NCBI RefSeq assembly: GCF_001194135.2
Contig: NC_068992.1
Coordinates: 24,739,689 to 24,782,267 of the forward strand
Direction: 5' to 3'
DNA: 42,579 bases
From: Octopus bimaculoides
Lineage: Eukaryota
Part shown: positions 1-12,037 of the stretch, piece after piece
Layout: each line of letters starts with the position of its first letter
Numbering within the stretch: the stretch's first letter is position 1
Notes under the pieces: model-generated
Databases searched by the model: none
What the model was told of the DNA's origin: nothing
Seen by the model: only the letters and a program-made list of their open reading frames with translations
Position numbers and translations under genes: made by a program

Positions 1-105
1 CCCCCTTCCCTGACACGAGCAGCGACGTTAGTAGCAGAAACAACAACATAAACGGAGTGTCATCGGAGTGTTACAGATCTTAGCAGCAAAAAGCATTAGC
101 AGCAG

Positions 106-106
<1 letters not shown>

Positions 107-155
<49 letters not shown>
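107..155 (+). repeat. (CTA)n microsatellite
   Basis: About 16 tandem CTA units read directly. Confidence 0.95.
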
Positions 156-156
<1 letters not shown>

Positions 157-310
157 CACTGGTGTAGTAGTAATAGAAACAGCGAAAAGTGTCAGATGTC
201 GACATAAAAGGGAAGAACAGAAAAGTAGAGCGATTGACTATCGACGATGCGACGTCGTCTTTATGTTTACTTATCTTTTCTCACTTTTATTGTGTCTCAA
301 GGAATCTGCG

Positions 311-345
311 AATGAATGAATGAATGAATGAATGAATGAATAAAC
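311..345 (+). repeat. (GAAT)n microsatellite
   Basis: Tandem GAAT units read directly. Confidence 0.9.
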
Positions 346-1580
346 GAATGAGTAAGTGATTGAGTGAGTATGTATGTGTTTATATGGGTGATGCGTGTAA
401 CAACCATTGTCACTTTTATGACTCCGGCTTCAGACCGATTTCATGCGTAACTTGGTTATGTGTGTAGTTAATTCTACGATAAGTTTAGTCTAAATTCAAT
501 GACATGTTAGTCAAATTGTTAGACGGAAATTACAGGAGACGCATACACTCCACGCATATATATATATATACAAGGATGCGGTACTGTATGTGCATACAAT
601 ATGGCATACTAATATGTATTACACGAGTGTGGCTGCGTTTTCCCGCCCAGCAAACGTTGTTGTGTATTTATGTCCCGTATCTCGGTGCTTCAACGAATGA
701 AGATCAATAAGATAGATAAAATCAGACTTAAAAATAAGTACTGTGATCAATAAGATCAATTTAGAATAAATAAATTAATTAATGTATAAATAAAGCCTTT
801 CAATGCGATCGCAGAATAACTGCAGCCCAAATGAGACAAGTAAAGTAACAAGTAGCCACAATACACGCGCGCGCACATATGCGCACACACACATGTATGT
901 ATGTAGGTACCTATATAATTATATATGTGCAAAAAATATATATATATGATATATGATGTACATGTATGCGTATATTTGTTTATAAAGCTATTCACACATA
1001 CACACACACATGCATACACACACACTCCACGCATATATATATATATATATAATATATAGAAGCACATGTATACATTAATATATATATATATATANNNNNN
1101 NNNNNNNNNNNNNNNNNNNNNNNNNNNNNNNNNNNNNNNNNNNNNNNNNNNNNNNNNNNNNNNNNNNNNNNNNNNNNNNNNNNNNNNNNNNNNNNNNNNN
1201 NNNNNNNNNNNNNNNNNNNNNNNNNNNNNNNNNNNNNNNNNNNNNNNNNNNNNNNNNNNNNNNNNNNNNNNNNNNNNNNNNNNNNNNNNNNNNNNNNNNN
1301 NNNNNNNNNNNNNNNNNNNNNNNNNNNNNNNNNNNNNNNNNNNNNNNNNNNNNNNNNNNNNNNNNNNNNNNNNNNNNNNNNNNNNNNNNNNNNNNNNNNN
1401 NNNNNNNNNNNNNNNNNNNNNNNNNNNNNNNNNNNNNNTATATATATATATATGTATACACATAGACTTGTACATATGTTATATAAAATACACATATAGG
1501 CATCTACACGTATAGATGCATATACATACATATGTGTATAATTTATATACACACATACATGTATATATATACATATACAA

Positions 1581-1643
<63 letters not shown>

Positions 1644-2155
1644 TTGCAAAAATGCACACACAAAGAAAATAATACAACACAAGTATGATGCAACAAAAGT
1701 CAAAAGAGGACCCCACGATAACCACTGAAAGCCGTAGATTCACTTCTCTCCACAGTTGAATATTTCTTCTTTGGCAACTATACGATTGCCGCTGGTTTTG
1801 CTCACCCACTCACTCTGTACCAAACCAACCAGCCATCTATGCTTCCACCCACCTATTCTAACAGTCATTTCTCATCCATCGTATGTAACTCATACTTCAA
1901 ACCACTATTCATCTCACCCCTCTCATGTCCCTTTCTTAACACCCGTTTCCCTGTTACTTGTTAAGTCTCTTATTTATTGTCATCAACTCTGCAGCATTTA
2001 GTTAGTATCTCTGCCTTTTCCTCCAATACATTCTCTGTTTCTAGTTTACCAACCATTTTACGTAAGTACTTGTCTTTCGAAAAAATACCTTTCTACAAAC
2101 GAACTACTTCAGAATGATTTTCTCTCCTCGCACACAACGAAACTTATCTATCAAA

Positions 2156-2697
<542 letters not shown>

Positions 2698-2763
2698 AAC
2701 CGTTGTAATACATCTCCCGAGAATTAGCAGAACAAAAAGCTGTCTTTGTTGATTGGATTTCAC

Positions 2764-3088
2764 TGGTACTCCATCGATTACGACGATGATCGTTCCACTT
2801 GATCCGATCAGCGGAACAACCTGCTCTTGAAATTAATGTGTAAAAAGCTGAGCACTCCACAGACAAGCGTACCCTTAACATAGTACTCAGGGAGATTCAG
2901 CGTGACACAGAATGCAACAAGATTGACCCTTTGAAATACAGGTACAATTCGTTTTTGCTAGCTGAGTTGAATGGAGCAACGTAAAATAATATGGTTTACA
3001 GAAGGACACAACGCGTCGCCGGGAATCGAACGCATTAAATTATGATCATGAGCGAAATACCCTAGCCACTAAGCCACGCGCCTTTCAC
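2764..3088 (-). mobile_element. SINE family D (tRNA head; 3' half shared with family C)
   Basis: Minus strand has A box tggcttagtgg and B box gttcgattccc. The 3' ~190 bp match 16164-16355 and 13756-13930. Confidence 0.85.
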
Positions 3089-3569
3089 GTTCATTGAACC
3101 GTAAAGAGCAACTAGATCAATATTAGAAATGTTAACCTCTTTCAAAACCTCATTAGATTAACCTGTTTAATCTTTAAGTCTAACACCCAAGATCTAACCA
3201 CCGAAAAGATACACCACGCAGTGGGCGGTGATTCTCCGATCATATTTATTTATGATGAAGTATTATCTTTCCCTCTCCAGCTTTTTAATCTCTGCCCTGC
3301 TAATTTCCCTCCTCAGACCAGCTCCAGTTCATAAGGAGGCATGGTGGATTTATGTAAACTCTCCTCTCACCTCTACAGAAAGCACGTGACACTGCCAACA
3401 GCACTGACTTATTTGACATCAAACATATCTCTCACTCTCTCTCTCTTTTTCTCTCTCGCTCTCATCCTAGCTTTCTCACTCTTTCTGTCTCTTACGTTTG
3501 TATGTATGCGTAATATCTCTGTCTCTGTCTGTCTCCCCCTCTCTCTCTTTCTATCTATTTGTCTGTATG

Positions 3570-3573
3570 TTTT

Positions 3574-3632
<59 letters not shown>

Positions 3633-3681
3633 GTCTGCCTGTCTGTCTGTCTGTCTGTNNNNNNNNNNTCTATCTGTCTGC

Positions 3682-3763
<82 letters not shown>

Positions 3764-3834
3764 CACTCACTCTTTCCCTCTCTCTCACTTCCTGTTTCCG
3801 TTTATGCGTATGAGCATATAGTTACGTTTGTGCG

Positions 3835-3878
<44 letters not shown>

Positions 3879-3888
3879 NNNNNNNNNN

Positions 3889-3926
<38 letters not shown>
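3570..3926 (+). repeat. Compound (TATC)n/(TGTC)n/(TC)n microsatellite block
   Basis: Read directly; contains two 10-N gaps. Confidence 0.9.
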
Positions 3927-3929
<3 letters not shown>

Positions 3930-4853
3930 TTTCTATCTTTCATCGTCTCTCTATGTGCTTATATCTACACGCGTATGGGCATATGTATTTGTCTCCATTG
4001 CTTTCACGTAAACAAGTTGAATGTCGATTACGCTGCTCCAGATCGTTTGCATCCAGACAGCTGCGCCCAGTGGTCCCATTCCATTCCCAAGAAACCGTCA
4101 ACTCAACAATCAGAGCATTTATGTCCAGCCAGCCCGAAGTGTAATATGACTGAGAAGCAAAAATAACTTTCTTTATATCTACCAACATCTTCCAGTCGCT
4201 AGCAGCCAGTCAGTCTTAGGTTTATTTAAACTCCTGCGTGGTCCTTTCTCACTCACCTTATGGAAAACAACAGAATGCACCTTTGAGTTCAACTTTATTA
4301 CATTCACACTACTGTGCTAGTGATTGTTTCTTTTCTGTTATTAGGGAAGCTGTCTCCAGCCAAGAGGATTTTCAGTGCTTGATTTAAACATTATTTATAA
4401 TTGACACATTGTTTTGATATTATTTGGAATAACGTTACATTAAGGAGTGGAACGTACAATTTCCTGCTATTCAGACTGCATCATAGTTCTAGCTGACAAA
4501 ATGGAAAGGCGTTGCCCCGGAGGATGGCGTGGGAGAAAAGCTGAAACAGCTACTCTGACTCACAGGGCTCGCACTTGCAGGCAGCTGTCCCCGCGCTGAT
4601 AGCAGTGAGTAGGGATATGGTCCGGTGACCGAGAACCTCGGAGGTCTCCACTGTCATAGGTTCGACCATAATCTAAACTTAGTTATATTGCCAAACGAAT
4701 AGTTCCTCCCCACTCCTTTTTTTATCTTCGTAAGTAATTGCTATATCTAGCGTCCATGTAAGTGAAGAGTGAGGTATCACGGCTAAAACTAACTGAACGG
4801 ATTATAATTTATAAATTTTACTGAAAAATGGATTGTATAAACTTTTAAGAGTG

Positions 4854-5013
4854 CATTATTTATATTATTTACATTATTTACATTTGACGGATATTTGTCC
4901 TCATCTTGTTTGTTGTTAACAACGTTTCGACTGATACACCCTCCAGTTTTCTTCAGGTATCTTGGAGAAATTTAGAACCTGGGTTTTCATTCCTAAGGTA
5001 TTTTTCGATGTTG

Positions 5014-5049
<36 letters not shown>

Positions 5050-5151
5050 TCACTGCCTGGAATCGAACTCGGAATCTTGGGGTTAGTAGCCCGCGATCTT
5101 AACCACTACGCTATATACCCGTGGACATATGATAAGGGCACTAGTAAATAG
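4854..5151 (-). mobile_element. Element E: tRNA-headed SINE-like insertion carrying a hammerhead-like motif
   Basis: Flanked by the identical 14-mer aacttttaagagtg (4840-4853 and 5152-5165). Minus strand has A box TAGCGTAGTGG, B box GTTCGATTCC, a (TAA)n spacer, then CTGAAGA...GAAAC. Its 3' end recurs at 10313-10383. Confidence 0.8.
4915..4962 (-). ncRNA. Decayed minimal (Penelope-type) hammerhead ribozyme motif
   Basis: Minus strand AGATAC CTGAAGA A AACTG gagggtgtat CAGTC GAAA CG TT GTTAAC. Core heptamer and GAAA are present, stem II is ACTG/CAGT with an A.C mismatch at the base, and AACGTT is palindromic. Stem I is only 2 bp in this copy. Confidence 0.5.
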
Positions 5152-6234
5152 AACTTTTAAGAGTGAAATGATAAAACGTTTTTAAAGACAAATGTAAAAT
5201 TACTTCATACGCTGCAAATTACTAGTATTCCCTGTGCCTGATGAGGTTTAATATTAGTCAAAAGAAATCGTAAGTCTCCTCCTTGATTTATTGCAAATTT
5301 ATTTTGTTTGCCTAGACAGCAATTTGCGACACCACACTAACCAAATGCTCATAAAGTATTTTACTTGATTCGGTGCAAAAGACTTTTGCAGCGAATTATA
5401 ACATTGACCAAATTAGCGGTGCAACAATGGTGGAATTTTGTTTACTGTTTGGTATAAGAGCTTGTTTATAAGATTCAGCTGATGTTACATACAGAGTTAT
5501 ACACAGACACACACACAATATGAATTTATATATACATTCATATATATATATATATATATATATATANNNNNNNNNNNNNNNNNNNNNNNNNNNNNNNNNN
5601 NNNNNNNNNNNNNNNNNNNNNNNNNNNNNNNNNNNNNNNNNNNNNNNNNNNNNNNNNNNNNNNNNNNNNNNNNNNNNNNNNNNNNNNNNNNNNNNNNNNN
5701 NNNNNNNNNNNNNNNNNNNNNNNNNNNNNNNNNNNNNNNNNNNNNNNNNNNNNNNNNNNNNNNNNNNNNNNNNNNNNNNNNNNNNNNNNNNNNNNNNNNN
5801 NNNNNNNNNNNNNNNNNNNNNNNNNNNNNNNNNNNNNNNNNNNNNNNNNNNNNNNNNNNNNNNNNNNNNNNNNNNNNNNNNNNNNNNNNNNNNNNNNNNN
5901 NNNNNNNNNNNNNNNNNNNNNNNNNNNNNNNNNNNNNNNNNNNNNNNNNNNNNNNNNNNNNNNNNNNNNNNNNNNNNNNNNNNNNNNNNNNNNNNNNNNN
6001 NNNNNNNNNNNNNNNNNNNNNNNNNNNNNNNNNNNNNNNNNNNNNNNNNNNNNNNNNNNNNNNNNNNNNNNNNNNNNNNNNNNNNNNNNNNNNNNNNNNN
6101 NNNNNNNNNNNNNNNNNNNNNNNNNNNNNNNNNNNNNNNNNNNNNNNNNNNNNNNNNNNNNNNNNNNNNNNNNNNNNNNNNNNNNNNNNNNNNNNNNNNN
6201 NNNNNNNNNNNNNNNNNNNNNNNNNNNNNNNNNN

Positions 6235-6355
6235 TTTCGGGGTCGATAAATTAAGTACCAGTTACGCCCTGGGGTCGATCTAATAGACTTAATTCCTTTG
6301 TCTGTCCTTGTTTATCCCCTCTCTGTGTAGCCCCTTGTGGGCAATAAAGAAATAA
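6235..6355 (+). mobile_element. SINE family B body with alternative 3' tail (shared with element H)
   Basis: 6235-6289 matches the family B core ggggtcgataaattaagtaccagtt...ggggtcgatctaat. 6290-6355 matches the tails at 32371-32410, 34666-34725 and 40083-40128. The 5' part is lost in a gap. Confidence 0.75.
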
Positions 6356-6554
6356 GAAACGTTAGCACGTCGGGAAAAATGCTTAGCGGTATTTCGTCTG
6401 TCTTTATATTCTGAGTTCAAATTCCGCCGAAGTCGACTTTGTCTTTCATCCTCTCGGGGTCGATAAATTAAGTATCAGTTGCGTACTGGGGTCGATCTAA
6501 TCGACTAGCCCCTCTCCCAAAAGTTTCGGGTCTTGTGCCTAGAGTAGAAAAGAA
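6356..6554 (+). mobile_element. SINE family B (tRNA-derived), slightly 5' truncated
   Basis: Co-linear with 15703-15914; B box gagttcaaattcc; ends gcctagagtagaaaagaat. Confidence 0.9.
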
Positions 6555-6562
6555 TCGTTAGC

Positions 6563-6652
6563 AATAAGTACCAGTTACGTACTGAGGACGATGTAATCCA
6601 CTGGTCTCCTCCCACAAAATTTCAGGCCTTGTGCCTTTAGTAAAAAGGATAT
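6563..6652 (+). mobile_element. SINE family B 3' fragment
   Basis: taagtaccagttacgtactgagg...ggccttgtgcctttagtaaaaaggat matches the family B 3' half. Confidence 0.8.
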
Positions 6653-6856
6653 TATAGACTGATTTAATACAAACACAAACACAACATACAGATAAAGATT
6701 GTAAATCCCGCCTCTTTTAATCTATATATGTATGTTTGTGCATGTGTATATATAGAAATATAAGTACACACCTAATCGAGAGTATACCTTAAAAAAATAG
6801 ATATACTTATGTGTATATTTGCTTATGTGTATGTATTTATGTGTGTCTCAGATAAA

Positions 6857-7062
6857 CTGGCAGAAACGTGAGCATTCTGGACGAAATGCTTAGCGGTTTT
6901 TCGCCTGTCTTTACGTTTTGAGTTCAAATTCCGCCGAGGTCGACTTTGTCTATCATTCTTTAGGGGGTCGATAAATTAAGTACCAGTTGCGTACTGGGGT
7001 CAGTCTATTAGACTGACCCCTTCCCCCAAAATTTCGGGCCTTGTCTAGAGTAGAAAAGAATA
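6857..7062 (+). mobile_element. SINE family B
   Basis: ctggcagaaacgtgagc...gggccttgtctagagtagaaaagaat, co-linear with 15703-15914. Confidence 0.9.
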
Positions 7063-7198
7063 TCATTAGGAATTGTATGACAAAAAATTTTTTTTAATAC
7101 TTTGTGTATTGTAGAAATCGACCCAATTTATTGGAGATAAATTTTAACAACAAAAACGGACCCCTAAGGGTTATATTGACCCTGGTTAAGAACCACTG
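7061..7198. mobile_element. hAT-like MITE, 3' half
   Basis: Shares tatcattaggaa(t/c)tgtat and gacccc(t)taggg with 27474-27747. Ends in TIR ggttaagaaccactg followed by gtctagta, resembling the NTCTAGAN target preference known for Charlie-type hAT elements. Confidence 0.6.
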
Positions 7199-7608
7199 GT
7201 CTAGTACACCCTGTAGACCCTTTTTAATGTGTCACCCGATTCTTTTCCCGGATGCATTGTTCTCTGTTTAGCTTCCTGTAAATCATAAGTCCTTAAAATC
7301 TCTTAGCTCCTTTCCTGGAATCGGGGCTCTCTGAAATTCACCACCATCGTCTTGTTTTTGTCTCTTCTATAATACTCAGTCCTCGAAGCTTTCTGTCAGT
7401 CTACATCATACGAATTTGCAGGTCCCTTCTTTTCCTTCTTGGTAACCCATTATGCAGCACTGGTCTCAAGCCTTGTTTGGGACAAAACCGTTAAAAAAAA
7501 AAAGGAAAAAAAAAAAGAGAAGCATGTCTCGTGTAGAGTCGTTAATCCGCTATCCTCGTTGACTTCGTCAAATACCCTCCCGCTAGTTTGATAACATAAA
7601 TAAACGTT

Positions 7609-7790
7609 GGTTTCGTAGAATGGTAGAAGTTTTCGCTTCGCAGCCACAAGGCTTCGTATTCGATACCGTTGCGTGTCTCTTAAGGTAAGTGCTTTCTTAC
7701 AATCTCGAGTTGCCCAGTATCTTGTGAGTGAGAGTTAATAGTTGGAAACTGTAAGGAAACCCATCGTGAGTGCTTGCGTCTACATATGTA
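7609..7790 (+). mobile_element. Old diverged family A-like SINE, 5' half
   Basis: Degenerate head plus ttgtgagtg...ggaaactgtaaggaaacccatcgt, matching family A just upstream of its microsatellite. Confidence 0.6.
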
Positions 7791-8157
7791 CGCGTACACA
7801 CACACAAACGTATACATTTTTTCTCTTCTGTTTTTAATGATACGCGTTCCTGTTAGGGTGGAACTGGTTTCTAACCAAGCTACAAAGATTAAAAAAAAAA
7901 GCCCCATCATTGGAATGTAGATAACAGAAACAATGCCACACATTGAATTTGAGGATTGTCGCATATTTTTACTGTTCTGCTTAGAGATTATATTTGTAAT
8001 GTGCATGTTACCTGACAGATTTATCTTTCTCAAACCCCTATCTTTTCCAGGTTGTCACTTAGGCATTTACTCACAAACTCAGGTACACCAATTATAGTAC
8101 GTATGAATGAATGAACGTACGTACACACACATGTACGTACGTACGTAGTATGTACGT

Positions 8158-8865
8158 ATTCTTTTATTCTTTTATTCTTTTACTTGTTTCAGTCATTTGA
8201 CTGCGACCATGCTGGAGCACCGCCTTTAGTCGAACGAATCGACCCCAGGACTTATTCATTGTAAGCCCAGTACCTATTCTGTCGGTCTCTTTTTTGCCGA
8301 ACTGCTAAAGTTACGGGACGTAAACACACCAGAATCAGTTATCAAGCGATGTCGAGGGACAAATACAGACACACAAACATACACNNNNNNNNNNNNNNNN
8401 NNNNNNNNNNNNNNNNNNNNNNNNNNNNNNNNNNNNNNNNNNNNNNNNNNNNNNNNNNNNNNNNNNNNNNNNNNNNNNNNNNNNNNNNNNNNNNNNNNNN
8501 NNNNNNNNNNNNNNNNNNNNNNNNNNNNNNNNNNNNNNNNNNNNNNNNNNNNNNNNNNNNNNNNNNNNNNNNNNNNNNNNNNNNNNNNNNNNNNNNNNNN
8601 NNNNNNNNNNNNNNNNNNNNNNNNNNNNNNNNNNNNNNNNNNNNNNNNNNNNNNNNNNNNNNNNNNNNNNNNNNNNNNNNNNNNNNNNNNNNNNNNNNNT
8701 ATATATATTATACGACGGGCTTCTTTCAGTTTCCGTTCACCAAATCCACAAGGCTTTGGTTGGCCTGAGGCTATGCTAGAAGACACTTGCCCAAGGTGGC
8801 ATGCAGTGGGACTGAACCCGGAACCATGTGGTTCGTAAGCAAGCTACTTACCACCCACCCACTCC
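8158..8865 (-). mobile_element. SINE family A, full length (gap in central microsatellite)
   Basis: Reverse complement of 2156-2697 and 36468-36879; N gap 8385-8699 sits at the internal microsatellite. Confidence 0.9.
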
Positions 8866-8964
8866 TATGTATGTATGTATGTATGTATGTATGTATGTAT
8901 GTATGTATGTATGTGTGCGTCTATACGTGTGTGTTGCCATGTCGTCGTGTGTATAAATGATTAC

Positions 8965-9165
8965 ATTGATCTAAAACCATCGTTGCTGTCAACGTTTTGC
9001 TCCTATACGTCTTATAACTTAGCGGTTTGATGAAGTGAAATCGATAATATACGTACTAAGCTGAAACAAACACTTAGGTTGAAATGATTTACGGGAACCC
9101 TATAAAGTGTTGCTCCAGCATGGCTGTAGGACAATGACCTAAATCATTTGTAAAACATAAAAATA
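8965..9165 (+). mobile_element. Old diverged family A-like SINE, 3' half
   Basis: taacttagcggtt, gataatatacgtactaagct and gtgttgctccagcatggc match family A 3' motifs in order. Confidence 0.6.
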
Positions 9166-9328
9166 TACTACGTTACATTTTGATATTGTAGTTATGGCAA
9201 ACTTTATTTCGTGATGAACCGCATCACTTTGAATACAATGGAGATACTAAGTCTGATAAATATGGAAGACAATACGGTATTTGATAGGCGCGAACACTCT
9301 AGTTTTGATAATGTGAAGCGCCAGACCC

Positions 9329-9380
<52 letters not shown>

Positions 9381-10312
9381 ATTTGACAACATAGTAATAT
9401 CAAATTTGAAAAGTGAAGACATCAAATATGATTCTGGGAAGATAACAAACCTTTCTGATGCAAATACATCAAATTTTATGCCGTTAAGTCCTCAAATTTG
9501 ATACGTTAAAAGCGTTAGATTTATTATCGTAAAGGCATAAAACCTAGTCGTATAAAGATGTCGTAAAATACTAAATATACATACCAAGTTTTAAACTGAA
9601 TGCTGACAACAGTTTTATATCGTCTGCGCACCAACGTTTTCTATCGCAAAGACACCAAAATATTATACTGTAAAGAGACCGCCTTTTATTCCTATGGACA
9701 TACTAAATTTAGTGAATAAAATCACTAAAATGTGATTCAGTAACTTCGAGATGACTATGATCAAATCATCAACGAAATTTTTAATGAAATATGAATTCCC
9801 ATAAACCGAATATAGAAGATATTTTGTTTTACTTTATTGCTCAACGCGTATACATAAATGTTGTCAAGAAATAGTTTATAATTCGTATAATTAATGAAAT
9901 TAAATACTACCTAAATAAATTAAAGTTAAACATACTATGATATATCCACACTGTTTATAAAAGAAATAAAACTGTATTTTCATAGAACATAATATCATAA
10001 AAGAAAAAAGAAGCTATCAACTTGATGTTTATATATGTTTTCCCTCTAGAATTTATAAGCTCTCATGTTCTCCTGCTCTCTAACCCGTCCCATCTACGTT
10101 TTTATATCTTTTCATTTTTCCCTGATTAATTTGTTGATAATAATATGCTTGAGAATGGCTGTTAATAAACGAGAACAGTGTTGTTGTGAATATACAAAGA
10201 GAATGAATAAGCCCGTTTTGCAACCCTTGTGGTTACGGGTTCAGTATGAATAGATAAATAGATAGATAAATAAATAAATAGATAGATAGATAGATGGATG
10301 GATGGATGGATA

Positions 10313-10383
10313 GATGAGGACAAATATCCATCAATTGTAAATAATGTAAATAATGTACATAATTCCTCCTCTCTTAAATATAG
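10313..10383 (+). mobile_element. 3' fragment of element E family
   Basis: gatgaggacaaatatccatcaattgtaaataatgtaaataat matches the reverse complement of ~4858-4905. Confidence 0.75.
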
Positions 10384-10409
10384 ACCTGTATTATGGCGCT
10401 AATCATTTT

Positions 10410-10642
10410 GATCGGAGTGCGAACGATTCTGCCAGCTCGCCACCTTATATGGGGGGGGGGGAACCAGTCGATTAGATCGACCCCCAGTACGCAACTGGTA
10501 CTTAATCTATCGATCCCCTGAAAGGATGAAAGGATAAAAGGATGAAAGTCGATCTCGGCGGAATTTGAAGTCAAGAGCGTAGCGACGGATGACATGCCGC
10601 TAAGCACTTTGCTTGGCGTGCTAACGATTCTGCCAGCTTGCT
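10410..10642 (-). mobile_element. SINE family B plus a second B head fragment
   Basis: 10448-10642 is reverse-complement family B. aacgattctgccagct occurs twice (~10423 and ~10623), marking two heads in tandem. Confidence 0.85.
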
Positions 10643-10656
10643 GACTTAAATAATAA

Positions 10657-10657
<1 letters not shown>

Positions 10658-10740
<83 letters not shown>

Positions 10741-10741
10741 A
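10658..10741 (+). repeat. (AAT)n(GAT)n compound microsatellite
   Basis: Read directly. Confidence 0.95.
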
Positions 10742-11368
10742 TAAAGCAACGACGAGCAAACAACAGCACTTACTTTACTAGCACATTGTCTATGTAGCTA
10801 ACATGGTGACATATGTTAAAGTCTGTCTAAATCTTTGTGATGGAGGCTAACGTGCGTTATTAAATGCATGCAACAGATGGTGACACGTGTTCGGCAGCGT
10901 GCTTTATAGCCTTTCAGTTCTCTTTACGTACGTTGTATGGCGAATATACATACTGACACACATGTAAAGTAAGCATGTAACAAGCAGCGTGCGTGTTCGC
11001 TTCAACAACATGGGATAGACAAACGATGACAGGGAAGTACTTAATGACGAGCATTCTGTACAGGATAAAATGACAACTGGTTGAAATGTGTGTTGAGTGT
11101 ATGAGTGTCATGTAAACACAGGTTAACATGTGTTGAAGATAAGTATCTTCCATAATATAATGAGTTTTTCGTATTGGCATGCGGCCAGAAACAAATTCGT
11201 TGCTTTGCAGGTACAGTCGATTCAATCGACAATTTCTAAGTACAAATGATTAGCGCTTCGTTTATTGACACTAGAGGAATGGAATACAAGAATTTAACCT
11301 ACTTGCCTAAGCCTGAGAAACCTGATAGGGATGAGGGATCGATAACATACTGTACCAGATACATACTT

Positions 11369-11404
<36 letters not shown>

Positions 11405-11765
11405 NNNNNNNNNNNNNNNNNNNNNNNNNNNNNNNNNNNNNNNNNNNNNNNNNNNNNNNNNNNNNNNNNNNNNNNNNNNNNNNNNNNNNNNNNNNNNNNN
11501 NNNNNNNNNNNNNNNNNNNNNNNNNNNNNNNNNNNNNNNNNNNNNNNNNNNNNNNNNNNNNNNNNTAAAACAAATAATAAATGAGTATATGCATATATAC
11601 GTACAGGTATGTGCATACCTACGTCTAACTGTATATATAGGTGCATATCTCGGTACAGGACATTGCAAACAAAACGTAGACAAAAATAGTAATAACCAGA
11701 GTACAGAAAACGCACAGGCCACATAGAGAACATGTTCCTTCATCAGCTACCCCCATTCTAACACA

Positions 11766-11803
<38 letters not shown>

Positions 11804-11871
11804 TTACTCTCTATCGTTCTATTCCACAAAATTTGTAGCATTTTGTTTCGTTAAAAAATGATAATACTTTA

Positions 11872-12037
11872 AAATTTTGGCACAAGGCCAGCAGTACTTC
11901 ACTGGTGTTTATTTCATCAACATCGTAAAAAAAAAAAAAAAAAAGTAATGCAAGTTAACGTCGGCCTTACAGTAAATTGAACTCAGAACGTAATGAGCAG
12001 GTAGAAACACCGTTTGTCCGACGCTCTAACGATTCCC
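11872..12037 (-). mobile_element. Diverged SINE family B
   Basis: ggcacaaggcc, ttgaactcagaacgta and gctctaacgattc are reverse-complement family B motifs in order. Confidence 0.6.

Noticed and set aside
4335-4390. Possible splice acceptor (ttcttttctgttattag) and small exon
   Set aside because: No matching donor or sustained reading frame; pyrimidine-AG words are common in this AT-rich DNA.
5238-5280. CTGATGA...GAAA on the plus strand as a hammerhead
   Set aside because: Stem II pairs poorly, extra bases precede GAAA, and there is no stem I complementarity.
9211-9501. 96-aa ORF as a real exon
   Set aside because: It is interrupted by (CT)n(CA)n, has no recognisable domain and no convincing splice sites.
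11300-11750. Hammerhead at minus-strand CTGATGA (11746-11740) or plus-strand CTGATAG (~11322)
   Set aside because: The first has a palindromic stem but no following GAAA; the second needs several core substitutions. The segment may be a repeat, but I cannot classify it.
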